Of a stretch of DNA of 64,000 bases, positions 41,269 to 55,079 are shown piece after piece. How positions within the stretch are numbered: the stretch's first letter is position 1; each line of letters starts with the position of its first letter. A program made the position numbers and the translations under genes. The DNA is taken from positions 125,054,001 through 125,118,000 of the forward strand of contig OZ024743.1 of assembly GCA_964016885.1 (NCBI GenBank), read 5' to 3'. The notes beneath the pieces were generated by a model. That model was given only the letters and a program-made list of their open reading frames with translations, was not told the DNA's origin and did no database searches. The DNA is from Eledone cirrhosa. Taxonomy: Eukaryota.

Positions 41269-42731
41269 TCGGATCGTGGAGAGGCAAACCGATGCCTTCC
41301 GATGGCGTCGTCGGACGCTGGACGGAAGGACCGGTAAAGCTGCTCGGGATCTGGACCTCCAGGTGGAGAAGAACTGGAACGAAGTGACGGCCAAGGTGTG
41401 CAAACTATCCTTGAAAGGTCGAGCGGAGGTGGCGAACACTTTTATAGCGTCCGCCATCTACTACCGCTTGACCGTCGTGCCTTGTCCAGCCAAAACGCTC
41501 ACTAAAATGGAGCGCGCGCTCTTCCAATTCCTTTGGAAGAGGCGGGCTCCTTTGGTGAGAAGATCCATCTCCTGCCAACACCCTTCTAACGGAGGGCTGG
41601 GGATGCCGTGACTGACGATGCGCAAACACGCGCTCAGGCTGCGGCATCTCTACTTATTCCTCACCGGACAACCGGTGTGGGCCCCGTTCGTGAGGCGAGC
41701 CTTCCCACGACTCGTCTCGCTGACCGAGCTACAGTCCTGGGTCAAGCAAAGACCGAGGAAAATGGGCGACTGGCACATCGAATGTGCTCAGGCGCTCACA
41801 GCCCTCTGGCAGGCGGACCCAGCGATCAGTGGAGACTCCACTTCGTCATTCTATAGAGAGTTGATCCGCAGCAAGTGCGACGCCGCGCTCGGAGAAACTC
41901 TAGGCGTAGAGGAAGATGAACTGGCCAGTCTGTTCGGTAGGACCTTCCGCCCGGGACCGATAGACAACTTCCAAAAGTCCCTGGCCTGGCAGTGCTACCG
42001 AGGAGCTCTACCAGTTTGAGACAAGCTCTACAGACATGGGCGCCCGGGCAGGGACCCTGCAAAAAAGATGTCCGAGGTGCGTGCGAGACGAAGAAACCGT
42101 CGCGCACGCATTCATACACTGCCCGGGCGTCACTGACCTGTGGGGCTATGTAGAACGACTATTTTCGCGGGTGAGACCAATCCGGTTGACCACCGAATCC
42201 ATTGTCATGATCAAACCGCCACCCTCCTTCAAAAACGAAGGAGAGGCGGTTTTCCTTTGTGCGATAGCTATGGCGAAAGAGGTTGTATGGTGGACAAGGT
42301 TGAAAGGGCTGAGGTCAGACACCTTTCTCTCCGGCCAACAACTGATTCTTTTTTTCAAATACCACTTTGGAAGAAGAATCAGGTTGGAAAGAGAGGTACT
42401 GTACCCCAGCAAGTTTTATGAAAGGTGGGTGAAAGTGGCGAGAATGGCTCGAGTGAATGGGCCTTCTCTCTATATCAGCCTGTAGGTTGAGGAAAAAGAG
42501 GAAGAGAGGAAAGGGGTACAAACTCTTCGTACTCCTGGAGATGAGGGTTGCACATTTTTTCGGGGGTATGTGTTACCCATATGAACTGTCTCCCCCTATT
42601 GGGGAAAATCGACTAATTTTTTTAATTGCATTTGTGATATTATTTTATGTTTTTATTGTATGTAAACTCCCCCCTTTGTATTTGTCCCCTTCTTTTGTGC
42701 CCCTGTTGCTAATAAAGAAACATATCTATAT
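41269..42731 (+). mobile_element. Second, diverged Tx1/L1-like LINE copy directly in tandem
   Basis: Homologous to 39770-41260 with a deletion and stops; has its own 3'UTR ending ctaataaagaaacatatctata. Confidence 0.9.
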
Positions 42732-43071
42732 TACACACACAGACACGCGTGTGTGTGTGTGTGCGTGTGCGTGTGTGTGTGTTCTTTCTTTCATTACACT
42801 CACATTTCGAAAAAACGTTTTTTTTTCTCCAAATTACGTCCCTTACATCGCTTCGTTATTCTATACGTCTACTTAAGAAATGTAACAAATCTTTAACTTT
42901 ACAAATTAGCAGGTCTGCTACTTATATTAAAATTGATAATATAATAAAGTAGTATAGCTAATATAAATCATTGTGAGATATGTAATAAATAACTGATAAG
43001 TTTCAAAAAAGCCAATTCAATACATTAGAAATATAGAAAGGGCAAAAGATGACAAATAAAACAAAACAAAG

Positions 43072-43243
43072 TACTGTATTTCCTGGTGCTGAAGATGCTT
43101 CTACCTCGAGGACACACGCTAATTTTGACAACCAAAAATTTGATAAAGAATAATAAATAACCTTCGGCCTCAAGGACACATGGTAGATTTTTGAGACTTG
43201 TTTTAGGGAAAAAGTAGCGTCTTCAACGCCGGGAAATACGGTA
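43072..43243. mobile_element. Tc1/pogo-type MITE
   Basis: TIRs TActgtatttcctggtgctgaagatgct / agcgtcttcaacgccgggaaatacggTA with TA target. Confidence 0.75.
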
Positions 43244-44811
43244 ATGTTTTACCTAGTTTATTTCAACATAATATTTCGGGGTTAAACCCATTTTTCAAAT
43301 AATGAAAGAACATATTAAATAATTGTTTCTACTTTTGGCACAAGGCCAGCAATTACCTAGTGCATTACTGGTACTTTATTTTATCGACCCCGAAAGGATG
43401 AAAGGCAAAGTTAACCTCGGCGGGATTTGAACTCAGACTGTAAAGGGGCGTAACTCGGTGCTGCAAAGGCTGCCAATCCACCACTCTTAAATAATGAAAG
43501 GATAAATTAAATGTTTTATTCCTACATATCCATAAAAAAGATGAGTCATGGCTAGAATGCCTTTCATCATATATCTACTCCATCTGCTTGACCTGGAGTT
43601 AAAGAACAACAAAAACAACATAGCAGTAAAAATAAAAAGTTTAATATTTTGAATAAATTTAACAATTTTAAGAAGCTGTGTACTAAACTGGAAATAGAAA
43701 TATAAAATATATAGTGAAGAAGATTTAGTTTAGTATAAATTCCATTCTAAACAGATGTGATAGTAGATGGCCAGACAAAATAATACTTTTTCCCATTAAA
43801 ATGGGGTAAGTGACTTGTCTAGAACCCCACGTATTATGACATGTTTTCTAGTGCCAACATTGTCATTTCAGTCATAAACCCAAAAGTTGTTGCTTGCAAA
43901 ACAGAGAAGATAAATAAATACCGATCATAAATGGGTAAAGACGCTGGTTGCTGCTGAAACCTTATATCCTTGGTCCCTGCACTACTACTCTCCCCTACCA
44001 AGTACCTAGTCAGGTGGAATGACTTAATGCCATTATTGTTGGCTGTTCTTCATGGGAATGATTTGCCATTTTGTCTAAGTTATGCTGTTCAATTCAGGAT
44101 GTGGAATTAGGTCGTGTTTTTTTTTTTGTGGAGGGTATTTACCTTTTTCTTTCTTTCTTTTTTTTCTTTTCCTTCTGTTTTTTTTCTTCTTTTCTTTTTG
44201 TATTTCAATCCTTTTACTATCAACCTACTCAAAACTGGCTCTGGCTTTATGGAACAAATTTTCCGATCGACTTTTGTCAAATCGGACCAAGGAAACAATG
44301 TTTCCGTTGGTATTTCCAATTGCTAATACTATCTATCAGTTGCAACTCCAGGTAGAAGGAGCAACGTGAAATAAAGTGTCTTGCTCAAGGACATAACGCA
44401 TCATCTGGTCCAGGAATCGAACTGACAACCTACTCAAAACTGGTTCTGACTCTATGGAACAAAACCACCCCTAAAAGAGTTCTAATATAAATTGAAATCT
44501 TCCAACATAATTTTATATGAGAACCATATATTAAATTACTATCTTAGTAATGGAATAATTAAGAATTTCAGTAAATCCTTTAAAATTCTTCATTAATTAA
44601 AATCGAATATATTTCATTAGTCCCAAAAGAGTTAAAGAATGTGCCATGGAAAACAATTGCTAAGATATATAATAGATATTAGCTGATGGATAAAATTATA
44701 TAGGTATTGATCTTGTTATGATGTTCTAATTTGATAAAAAAGAATGTTACAAATTTACAAATATAAAAATATATTTGTCAATAATTCTATGAAAGCAGAA
44801 GTTGAAAGAAA

Positions 44812-44933
44812 TTATTTAGTTGGTGGCTGAAGCCCCATTTTTGGACCTTTGAAATTACCTGGAGCAACCCAATCAGGCCAGAATGCACCTTTCATTCTTT
44901 CAACATAATCTGTTAGGTTTGGGTATCTGTTAT
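44812..44933 (-). CDS. FAXC: FAXC-like, last coding exon
   Basis: ttaccag|(D)NRYPNLTDYVERMKGAFWPDWVAPGNFKGPKMGLQPPTK*; PNL..Y..RMK...WPDW signature. Confidence 0.9.
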
Positions 44934-45188
44934 CTGGTAAAATAAAACAGAAATAATACCATAAAAATACAATTCTGTAATGAAAACATTTTTTTTTTTA
45001 AATATTGCGAGAGGTAAAAACAGAAATCTTCTTAAAATTAGGATGGTTATGCAGTCCTTATTTACTGTTACAAATATTGAAGGATTTGTTGGTATAGATA
45101 ATATAGTAGTATACTATCTTATGCAACTTGTTACACCAATAACCTTGTTTTTACATTAATAACTTGAAGCTTTCAATGCAATTATTCA

Positions 45189-45416
45189 TTAACCCTTTAG
45201 TATTTACATTACTTTATATATACTATTACATTTCCGTGGGTAGACTTTATCTCACATGATTATCTCACATAATCTCGAATCTATGAGATTTTGATATTAT
45301 TTATTTTGAGAACAATATCTTAACATCAGTATGAGTGGCTAGTTACAGCTAGTTTGAACAGAAAGAGGTGAGAGAATTTTGGCCAGACACAGATGGTTTA
45401 AATGCTAAAGGGTTAA
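45189..45416. mobile_element. piggyBac-type MITE
   Basis: TTAA-CCCTTTAG...CTAAAGGG-TTAA. Confidence 0.8.
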
Positions 45417-46127
45417 CTTATCAAGGATTGTGATAGGAATTGATCTCAATAATGCAAGTTAACAAAACACTCTTTAATAATTCATTTCTCCAAATTATTT
45501 AAAGCATTTGGTTTTAATTGACCATGACAGCTGCTTATAGTGAGATAGACTGAGTTAGTGAGAGCTATGTCTTGAATATAGTCAGCTCAACTAGTCAAGA
45601 GGAAGGGAACCATTTTATGTTGGAAGGCTGCATTGAATTTAAATTGACATCCAATAAAGATGAACAAATTTAGAAAAGATATTGTCCCATTTAACTTCAT
45701 ATAATTACAAATGTAAATATAAAAATATATAAGTGGGTTTTTTTATGAGCCAAATTAAATTACAAGAATATATGTTAAATATGAAAGAAGCAAAACGATT
45801 TTGCTTCTTTCAGAAGTCCGTATGTGGCCTTAAGACCACAGGTTCTTCACTCATGGACTAGTCAATAGAGAATTAAGTAGGCTTTTTGTTATTTATTATT
45901 TTTTCATACAGGGACACAATGTCTGTCAACGATTCTTACTCTACAAGTCGTATGGGATAAAGGAATTTTTCTAGACACAAAAATATATCCACTACTAGCC
46001 CTGTTTCATCCAGTTTTATTTAAACAATTATTGGTTTCTTACTGAGATAATAGATAGTATGGTTTGAGAGGAGAAATGTAGAGTTGATTGAATCAACTGG
46101 ATCAAAACCCACAGGTACAAAACTAAA

Positions 46128-46510
46128 TAATTGTTTCTAGTTTTGGCACAAGGCCAGCAATTACCCCAGTGCATTACTGGTGCTTTATTTTATCAACTCC
46201 GTAAGGATGAAAGGCAAAGTTAATGTTGGCCAGATATAAACTCAGAACGTAAAGGGCCATAACTCTATGCTGTAAAGCATGGTGTCTGACGCTGTACCAA
46301 TACTGCTAATCCACCTCCCAAAACTAAATAATTGTTTCTACGTTAGTCACAAGGCCAGCAATTACCCAGTGTATTACTGGTACTTTATTTTATCGACCCC
46401 GTAAGGATGAAAGGCAAAGTTAACCTCGGCGGGATTTGAACTCAGAATGGCAACTCTATGAGGCAAAGCATGGCATCCGACACTCTACCAATACTGCCAA
46501 TCCACTCCCA
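46128..46510 (-). mobile_element. Two tandem Nin/Deu-domain SINEs
   Basis: Same unit as the 34-35 kb array; flanked and separated by caaaactaaataat. Confidence 0.85.
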
Positions 46511-46718
46511 AAATTAAATAATGTAAGGAATTTAGTCAGACTTCAAAGTCTCATTAAAAATCACATATCATGAGATTATACTATCTTTTTATATTCTATT
46601 TTATTTATTGATGGCTTATAAAACTGTGCAAATATTAAATGTCAATTACATTAAATATCAGCACAGTTTTGCAATAATACAAGACTTTCTCACATAGTGA
46701 TACACTTAGCTTTAACTC

Positions 46719-46933
46719 TTAACCCTTTAGCATTTAACTGGCCATATCTGGACTGAATTCTCTCACCTCTATCTATTCAAACCGCCTGTAACTGGCCACT
46801 CATACTGACATTAAGATATTTTTCTCAAAATAAATAATATCAAAATCTCATAGATTCGACATTATGTGAGATAAAGCCTTTACCACGAAAATATAATAGT
46901 AAATATAGAGTAATATAAATGCTAAAGGGTTAA
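46719..46933. mobile_element. piggyBac-type MITE, same family, opposite orientation
   Basis: TTAA-CCCTTTAG...CTAAAGGG-TTAA; the interior is the reverse complement of 45189-45416. Confidence 0.8.
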
Positions 46934-47424
46934 TGTTCTGTATCACATGAAACGACACAATAGCATGACATTCTTGAAAAGTACAAAGCAACACTATGAC
47001 CACATCACAAAATTAAAGCCTTTACTCCAATACTGCAAATGTTCACACCGCTCTGTCTACTAGTAAATATACTATAAACATCTGAATTAACCCCCCCCCC
47101 CTTTTTTTTATTGGCATTTTTGATATTTTCTGCTAAATCATAAAACCAGCCATAAAATCACTCGGTATGCAAATGAGGCTAATCAGCCGATGTATATTTT
47201 TGAGAATATTATGTATTCTCAGCAGTTCCAGATGGTAGCTAATGAGCAGAATACACAATCTTGCAAGGAACAAAGAAACTCCGAAACAATTAACAATTGT
47301 AAATTGTCGTTTGTTTTCTCTCAGTTACCGCTGGAACAAAAGGAGGACCTTGTCATCTCTACTACGTGGTTTTTATGAGGCTTGTAAACAAATGGAATAT
47401 TAATAATATGATATTATTATAAGT

Positions 47425-47603
47425 GGATTGGTGGTATCGGTAAAGGGTCAGACGCCATGCTTTGCAGCATAGAGTTACGTCCCTTTGCGGTCTGAGTTTA
47501 AATCCCGCCAAGGTTAACTTTGCCTTTCATCCTTACGGGGTCCATAAAATAAATACACTGGGATAATTGCTGGCATTGTGCCAAAAGTAGAAACAATTAT
47601 TAT
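47425..47603 (+). mobile_element. Nin/Deu-domain SINE (plus orientation)
   Basis: GAGTTTAAATCCCGCC...GCCTTTCATCCTTACGGGG...GTAGAAACAATTATT. Confidence 0.8.
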
Positions 47604-47766
47604 AATATTATTATTATTCACTCATGAACACACATTACAGGGGATTTTATTTATAATCAATACTATAGCAAACTTGTTCAATGATAATCAAATATATTAC
47701 TGCCCATCCTATGATACAAAAATGCTCTGCAAACATTCTGTTTTAAAAGAAAGAAGTCATACTAAC

Positions 47767-47883
47767 CTGTAAACATCTTTATTAAAAAGCTACTGTCTGG
47801 CATATATCTTGCACAAGAAATGATTCCAAATATAGCACAATCAATTTCACAAGGTTTGTCCCCCATAAGAAACTTTTTTTTTC
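47767..47883 (-). CDS. FAXC: FAXC-like, penultimate exon
   Basis: ttgcag|(G)KKKFLMGDKPCEIDCAIFGIISCARYMPDSSFLIKMFT-G|gttagt; GST-C FLMG.KP...D.A.FG motif. Confidence 0.9.
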
Positions 47884-48680
47884 CTGCAAGATACATATGG
47901 AATGAAATCATTGTATACAAATTCTCCATGTAAGTTTTATATGGATTAAAACTAAGTAAAATATATTTATTTCAGTATAGCATTTATTTTAACTTTGTCT
48001 ATGTCATAAAAGACAATGATTGTTACATTGACACAGGCACATACAGTTTCTGTGAACCAAAATTTACTCACATGGTCTGGGCCAAGCCAGGGCTACAGTA
48101 AGAGACACTTGCTCCCAAGGTGTTACAAGATGGATCAAACCCAGAACCACATAGTGGCAAAACAAACTTCTTTTCTACACAGCTATGGTCGTTAACAGAA
48201 TAGATTCATAAATAATCAATTTTATTTTATTTCATTTTATTTATTATTTTTTGTGTATATTATCCATGTTTATTCCAATGTTTAGAATAAGAACACCATA
48301 TCCCTGTATGTTGCAAGAGGTGACTAAAAGCTTTGGCATCAAGAAAAGCATTGGCTGTAAAACAATGCTCCAAAAAGCCGTATCAAACCCATGTCAGCAT
48401 GGAAAATTATACATAAAAATGATGATGATGATATTAACTCTTAAAATCCTGTTCCACATAAAACTGCATGAAGAAAACATTCTTGAAAACCACAAAACAG
48501 CTCCTTAAAAAAATTAGTCTGCAAATTTTATAATGATCTGTTCTGTAGCAAAAATACTATGAACATTTGAATTAACAAACCCATTTCCTTTTAGATATTT
48601 TCTGCTAAATCATTACAGGATACTCAGAGTTATTTATATATGATGATGATAATACAAATTATATATATTCAATTACTTAC

Positions 48681-48880
48681 CAATAAAGTCTGAGAGAGCC
48701 TTTATATCTCCCATTGCAATATGTTCGACTTCTGAAGGAGTATGTCGACCAATACCCTGGCAGTATGCTTGTTTTTCTACCATTCTTTTTATCTTCCAAA
48801 TCACGAATCTTGGAGCACCAATCAATTTTTTGAGGGATGGATCGGAATAACTAAAAACCCATCGACTGAGAGCCAAAGTC
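48681..48880 (-). CDS. FAXC: FAXC-like, internal exon
   Basis: ttgaag|(W)TLALSRWVFSYSDP...AYCQGIGRHTPSEVEHIAMGDIKALSDFI-G|gtaagt; QGIGRH..E.....D..ALS signature; phases 2->1 match neighbours. Confidence 0.9.
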
Positions 48881-48914
48881 CTTCAAGAAAAAAAAAAAAG
48901 AATAATAGTAACGA

Positions 48915-51060
48915 TAATAATAATTGTTTCTACTTTAGGCACAAGGCCAGCAATTTTGAAGGAGAGGAAAGTCGATCAAATCGACCGCAGTACATTACTG
49001 GTGCTTTATTTTATCCACCCTGTAAGGATGAAAGGCAAAACTAACCTCGGCAGGATTTGAACTCAGAGTGCGAAGGGCCATAACTCTATGCTGCAAAGCA
49101 TGGTGTCTGATGCCTTACCGATTCTACCAATAATTATAATGGTTTCTTTATTAACCACACAGGGCTGACATTAAGTAAACAATACAGACGGTACAGGATA
49201 ATACAATGTGGTGTTTTGTGTGTAAAAAAAATGGTTATAACAAAAACTAAAAGAATAAAATATATAAAATACCAAACAAATGAAAACAGATTACCCAATT
49301 GAGTCACTCACGGAGAAAGCACACAAAAAGCCACATTCACTCTGATCGCTAAGGCAAATGCCCTCTCTCAGTTGTCCTCCTCCAATTTACAGGTGCATAC
49401 TTAGAGCAGGTCTATTCACTTGGACCATGCTTGCCATTCTCACTCACGTTTCAATAAACTGGATGAGAGGTAGCAATTTCCTCTCCACCCTGATTTTCCT
49501 TTTCAAGTGAAAGTTGAAAAAGTTAATCAGGGCTTCGCTGAAGAGGAAAGAGCGTGTGTTAACCATTTTAAACATATCCATCACACGACCTCTTTCACTA
49601 TGGCCACTAGGCAGATAAAACCTGCTTGTCCTTCCCATCGGAAGAAAGGCAGTGGGGCAATCTTCACGGTGGACTTAGCTGATAGCCAGATTCATTTTAC
49701 ATGTGACAACAGGTGTTCAACATTAACCCATAATAATGGTTTCTTATATAGGTACAAGGCCAGCAATTTTGGGAGCAGGGAAAGTCAATTAAATCGATCC
49801 CAGTGCGTGACTGGTACTTTATTTTATCGACCCTGTAAGGATGAAAGGCAAACTTAACTTCAGCAGGATTTGAACTCAGATCATAAAGAGCCGTAACACT
49901 ATGTTGCAAAGCATGGCATCCGACCCTCTACCGATACTGCCAATCTACCGCCCTCACATTAACTCATAATAATAATAATTCTTTCTAATTTCGGCACAAG
50001 AACAGAACATTTGTGGGGAGGGGAAAATGGATTATATCAAAACCAGTACTTGACTGGTACTTTATTTTTTCAACCTTGGAAGGATAAAAGGCAAAGTTGG
50101 CCTCATCAAGTTTTGAACTCAGAACATAGAAAGTTGTAACTAAATACAGCAAAGCATTTTGTCCAACACTCTACCGTTTCTGCCAATCTATCACCCTTTG
50201 GTTTGTAATTTGTTGGACGAGAAGGAAAGTCAATTATATCAACCCCCAGCATTTAACTAGTATTTTATTTCATTGGCCTTGGAAGGATAAAAGGGAAAGT
50301 TGCCCACAGCAGGATTTAAACTCAGAATGACAAAAAACAAATATTGTAAAACATTTTGTTTGATGCTCTGCTGGTCAATGATAATATTAAAGATTTTTAA
50401 CTGTGGCACAAGCCCAGCAATTTGTAGGGTAGGGAAAGTTAATTATTTCAACCTCAGCACGTGATTTTATTTTTTAATTTTTTATTTATTTTATTGACAC
50501 CAGACGGATGAATGGCAAAGTTGATTGCAGCAAGATTTTAACTCAGAACGTAAAGAGTAGGAACAAATGTTGGAAAGCATTTTGCCCAAACACACAATTC
50601 TGTCAATTCCTGGCTCATTTTCTTCTATTTATAATGATTTTTAATTTATTCACAAGGTCAACAATTTGTGGAGAGGGGTAAATCGATTACATCAACTCTA
50701 AGACTAGTCAATAATAATGGTTTCTACTTTTGGCACAAGGCCAGCAATTATCCCGGTGCATTACTGGTACTTTATTTTATCGACCCCGTAAGGATGAAAG
50801 GCAAAGTTAACCTCGGCGAGATTTGAACTCAGACCATAAAGGGACGTAACTCTATGCTCCCAAGCATGGCGTCCGACCCTCTATCGATACTGCCGGTCAA
50901 TAATAATATTAATGGTTTCTTACATAAGCACAAGGCCAAAAATTTGAGGGAAGGATATAAGCAATTATACTGAACCAGTACTAGACTGTACTTTATTTTA
51001 TCAACTCCAGACAGTTGAAAGGAAATGTTGATTTCAGCAGGATTTAAAGTCAGAACAAAT
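48915..51060 (-). repeat. Cluster of ~8 SINE copies plus a Tx1-like 3' fragment (49150-49712) in a FAXC intron
   Basis: Repeated SINE units; ORF 49444-49638 FFNFHLKRKIRVERK is homologous to the Tx1 C-terminus. Confidence 0.8.
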
Positions 51061-52424
51061 ACTGAAATCCAGGGCCCTTTCATAAATGCAATAATAAACG
51101 TTATATTGGGGTCAGCAGTGTCACAACAGTTCTCAACGACTGGGAAGGGAGGTAAAAATACTTTGGATGTCCCCCATCCCTTCCATCTACCTTAACTATG
51201 GCTTGAACCACTGCTTGCTTTTTTAGCTATTCACAATCAAAACCTCGAGTGTCCTCAGTCCCCAGACTAATATTTTCATTTACAAAACTGAATTCATCCC
51301 GCCTGAGGAAGGAATGACGTGGGATAAAGTGGCTGATGCTGTGGGTGTCAGTCGCTATTCTCTGCAGTAAGGCTTTTGCAATTTTGTCTTGAGGGTGCAG
51401 CTGTGATATATCACCCAGGCTGGAGTGTAGCTGCCACTCCCTCCCCTCCTCTTTATTTCATTATTTAACTTTTTTTCTTTATTGCAAACATGATATAATT
51501 TAATTGGGATTTATTGAATAAAAGTTTGCTTTCGGTTCGGAGGGAGATTGAAAAACTTTAAAATTACACAAAATTTTTTTAAACTGATCACAATTACGAT
51601 ACAAATTCAAGGGAAGCAAAAAGTCGATTGTTTCAGAGTAACCTCCCTTGGCTATAAAGTTCATTTCGTTCTTTTCTTATTTTTCTTAGTTTTAAATCCC
51701 TAAAAATATAGGCGATCATCGAACCAGACCTTTCTATTGCTAATACTATTTGTTGATTGCACCTCCTGGCAGTAGGAAATTTAAAATCAGAACGGACCGA
51801 GCGGGATCAGATATCGCATAGTAATTCATTCTGCATTTTAACATCACTGCCAATCCATCATCCATGGATTGGTACTTTATTTTATCAACACCGAAAGGAT
51901 GAAAGGTAAAGTTGACCTTTGCAGGATTTGAACTCAGATTGCACTGAGCCCGAACAAATACTGCAGAATTTAATCCGACGCCCCAAAATTGTAATTTATT
52001 TAAAACAAATGAAAGACAAAGTATATGGCAATCGTAAAATAAATTTGTTGAATTTATCATGTTGTCCAGAATGTATTACATCAATGTTAAAATTTCTTTT
52101 GATACTAAATATTTGGCAGTGATGTGGTAGAATCATTAGAATGTTGAATAGAATGCTTTAGGATATTTGTTTTGACTCTCTGTGCTCTGAGTTCAAATTC
52201 CACCAAGATAAACTAAACTTTTCATTCTTTCAAGGTTGATAAAGAAAGTACCAATTCAATATTGGGGTTGATTCCCACCTTTATCAATCTATCTCTGGAA
52301 TAAATCAGCTGGAGAAACTGTTATGATGTCACCCCAGGAGTTAATGCGCATACACCCATGGACATGGACTAAACATTCAAAGTAAGAAACATCATTTAGA
52401 AAATAAGAAAGAATGAAACATTAC

Positions 52425-52621
52425 CAATACAAATTCTCTTCTGCCATTTTCTGCATAGCTCTAGCCATACTTCGTTCTACATCAGTGAGATGACTGTTTA
52501 GATCAACTTTGAATTTCTTATTTAGATACTCAATAATAAACTGGGAATCACTGACAACTTCTTCATTGTAAGAAATCCATGGTGTCTTGCATTTAGGTGA
52601 CATTTCATATGTATATTCAAC
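52425..52621 (-). CDS. FAXC: Failed axon connections homolog (FAXC/metaxin-GST-like), internal exon
   Basis: ccag|VEYTYEMSPKCKTPWISYNEEVVSDSQFIIEYLNKKFKVDLNSHLTDVERSMARAMQKMAEENLY-TG|gtaat; GST-N cis-Pro and DS..IIEYL motifs typical of fax/metaxin. Confidence 0.9.
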
Positions 52622-52635
52622 CTGGTAATAGTAAT

Positions 52636-53629
52636 ATATATATATATAACAGTCTGTTTGTTTCTATGCATTCTCAAACAGCTCAACCAAATCAAATCAA
52701 ATTTTATATGGTCGTGGAGGTGCCATGGCAAAAAGGCACCCAGCCCACACTGTAAAGTGGACGTGTAGACGCCACGGAAAAAAGCACCCAGCACTCACTG
52801 TAAATGAGGTTGGTGTTAGGAAGGGCATCCAGCTGTTGAAATCAAGCCAGAATCGGTTCCTGTATGAGCAAGACAAAGTCAGCCGACTGGACATTGCCCA
52901 CAACAGGACAACCCGTCTAACCCATGCTAGCGTGGAAGAACGGACGTAAAACGATGATAATGATGATGATGATGCCTGTCTTAGTATATGTATGCGAATG
53001 TATGTGTGAGTGTGTGTGTTGACTGACATAACAATATTTTCTTTAGTCAACTATAGTAAACCACCACCACGTCACATTTTTTATATGAGAGAGCACGCAG
53101 ACAATTAAACACACACACACATCTACACATACAGATACATATGTGATGACAGACAGGTGTGCGTGAATGTATGTCTGTGAGTGTCTGTCTTAGTTTATGT
53201 ATGCGAGTGTATGTGAGAGTGTGTGAGAGCGCATGTGTGTGTGAGTGTATGTATGTGTGTATGTGTGTGAGTGTATGTGTGATCATTTTTATTTTAATTT
53301 GGATTAAAACAATAGGACGTCACATTTTATATATGAATATGTGTGTGTCTGTGAGTGTGTGTGTTTGTGCATTCATTAGGTATGTTATTAAATACCCACA
53401 CACATCTACACATACATGAATTACACAATGAATATTGTTTACCCTAAGGTGCTTCAAGACAGATTTTCATTTCTAAATTCTATTATCATTACAATTATGA
53501 TATTTTTTAAAATAAAATATAGATATTTTGAAATAATTATGAGAAAAAAAAACATATCTTCATATTTATTGTTTACTAATCTGAATAAGAACAGCAGTAA
53601 CCCGGGCAATGCCGGGTAATTCAGCTAGT
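52636..53629 (+). mobile_element. Non-autonomous Helitron-like element with a nested RTE 3'UTR (52707-52975) and (GT)-rich repeats
   Basis: 3' hairpin CCCGGGCAATGCCGGG plus CTAG|T at 53601-53629; 5' gtctgtttgttt...ctcaaccaaat. Confidence 0.5.
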
Positions 53630-53667
53630 ATACAATAAAGAGAGACAAACACAGATATATACATATA

Positions 53668-53945
53668 TGCTTTCAATTCACAAGGGACATACATTTAATA
53701 GGTCCGATAAAAGATCTTCCACTTCACTTTCACATTTAATTTGGAATTTAAAAGACAACAATATCTTGGGGAACGATTTCGAAAGCACCTGCATACCAAA
53801 ATATGGCTTTCTCAAGAATCTGTCATTTGTGTATCGAAGACATTTTTTATATAATTAACTGTCAAATCTCTATTAATCTTAAAACAGAATTATTTTCTAG
53901 TTGCAGACATCGCCAAAATTCCACTTTCAGAAGTATTTTTAATTT
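53668..53945 (+). mobile_element. PLE GIY-YIG C-terminal fragment
   Basis: STSLSHLIWNLKDNN...CHLCIED...ELFSSCRHR. Confidence 0.7.
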
Positions 53946-55079
53946 ATGATATTCATTACACTTGACTATATCTTATACACCTTTAAAATGATCCTATTAT
54001 TTACTGAGTATTTCTTTAAAAATTTAAATTTTTTTAAATGATCTTCCTTCTTAAATTTAATATTTTTACCAGTTGACATTATTTTCCTAATGATACTCTT
54101 CTAAATCTATTTTTTTTAGATGTAGATTGATAATCTTTAATTGACATTATGAAAGATATCCTCTTTACGATAGTTCTTCTAAATGCACAATACTTTTTTC
54201 CTCTTTTTTGATCTTCAAACTTTTCACACATCTTTCGACTAAAATAATATATAATTGAAACTCTCATCCTTGAAAAAATTAATCTCACACTAAATAATAT
54301 ATAATTTTCTCTACATACTTTCTGAGTAAATCATTCATCAAATTTAACGGTTAGCAAATAAGATTGGAGTTATCTTTTCCTTCACAATCGAGCAAACAAA
54401 CATTATAACTTGTATGATAAACTATATAACTTCGCTAAATTAACAATATTCTGAAAACATTTTCAATGTTGGAACAAAATATTTGAATCTACAAATTGTT
54501 CCCCTCTTACAACTTGAACTACGTGTTTTTCTTAAAAAATTTTAATGTAAAATGCATAATCAACTTCCTGCGTAACTCATATAAGAAATGTAAACAACTA
54601 ATAATTGTGATTTATTTCTATAAAATCACCAATAATACTTATACTTGCACAATTATTAATCTATATAGATATTTATATACTTATAACCTGTTGCAATAAA
54701 ATAAGATAAAATGTACTTACAACTATAATTCTTCATATAATCTAATTGATTATATATACAATATTATAACTCATAATTGTTTCTACTTTAGGCACAAGGC
54801 CAGCAAATACCCAGTGCATTACTGGTACTTTATTTTATCGACCCCGTAAGGATGAAAGCCAAAGTCAACCTCGGCGGGATTTGAACTCAGATCGTAAAGG
54901 GACGTAACTATGCTGGAAAGTATGGCGTCCGACCCTCTACCGATATTGCCAATCCATAGCTAAATAATTTTAAATTCTGGAATCATATTCCACCATTCCT
55001 ACAAACTGTTAATTCTTTTTAAATTAACGTAAATACAAGCTCTTCTTTCTTTCTCTTTCTTCTTCCTTTACATACATAC

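Noticed and set aside
51295-51550. CTGAGGA motif in a GC-richer unclassified segment
   Set aside because: No matching GAAA or stems found.
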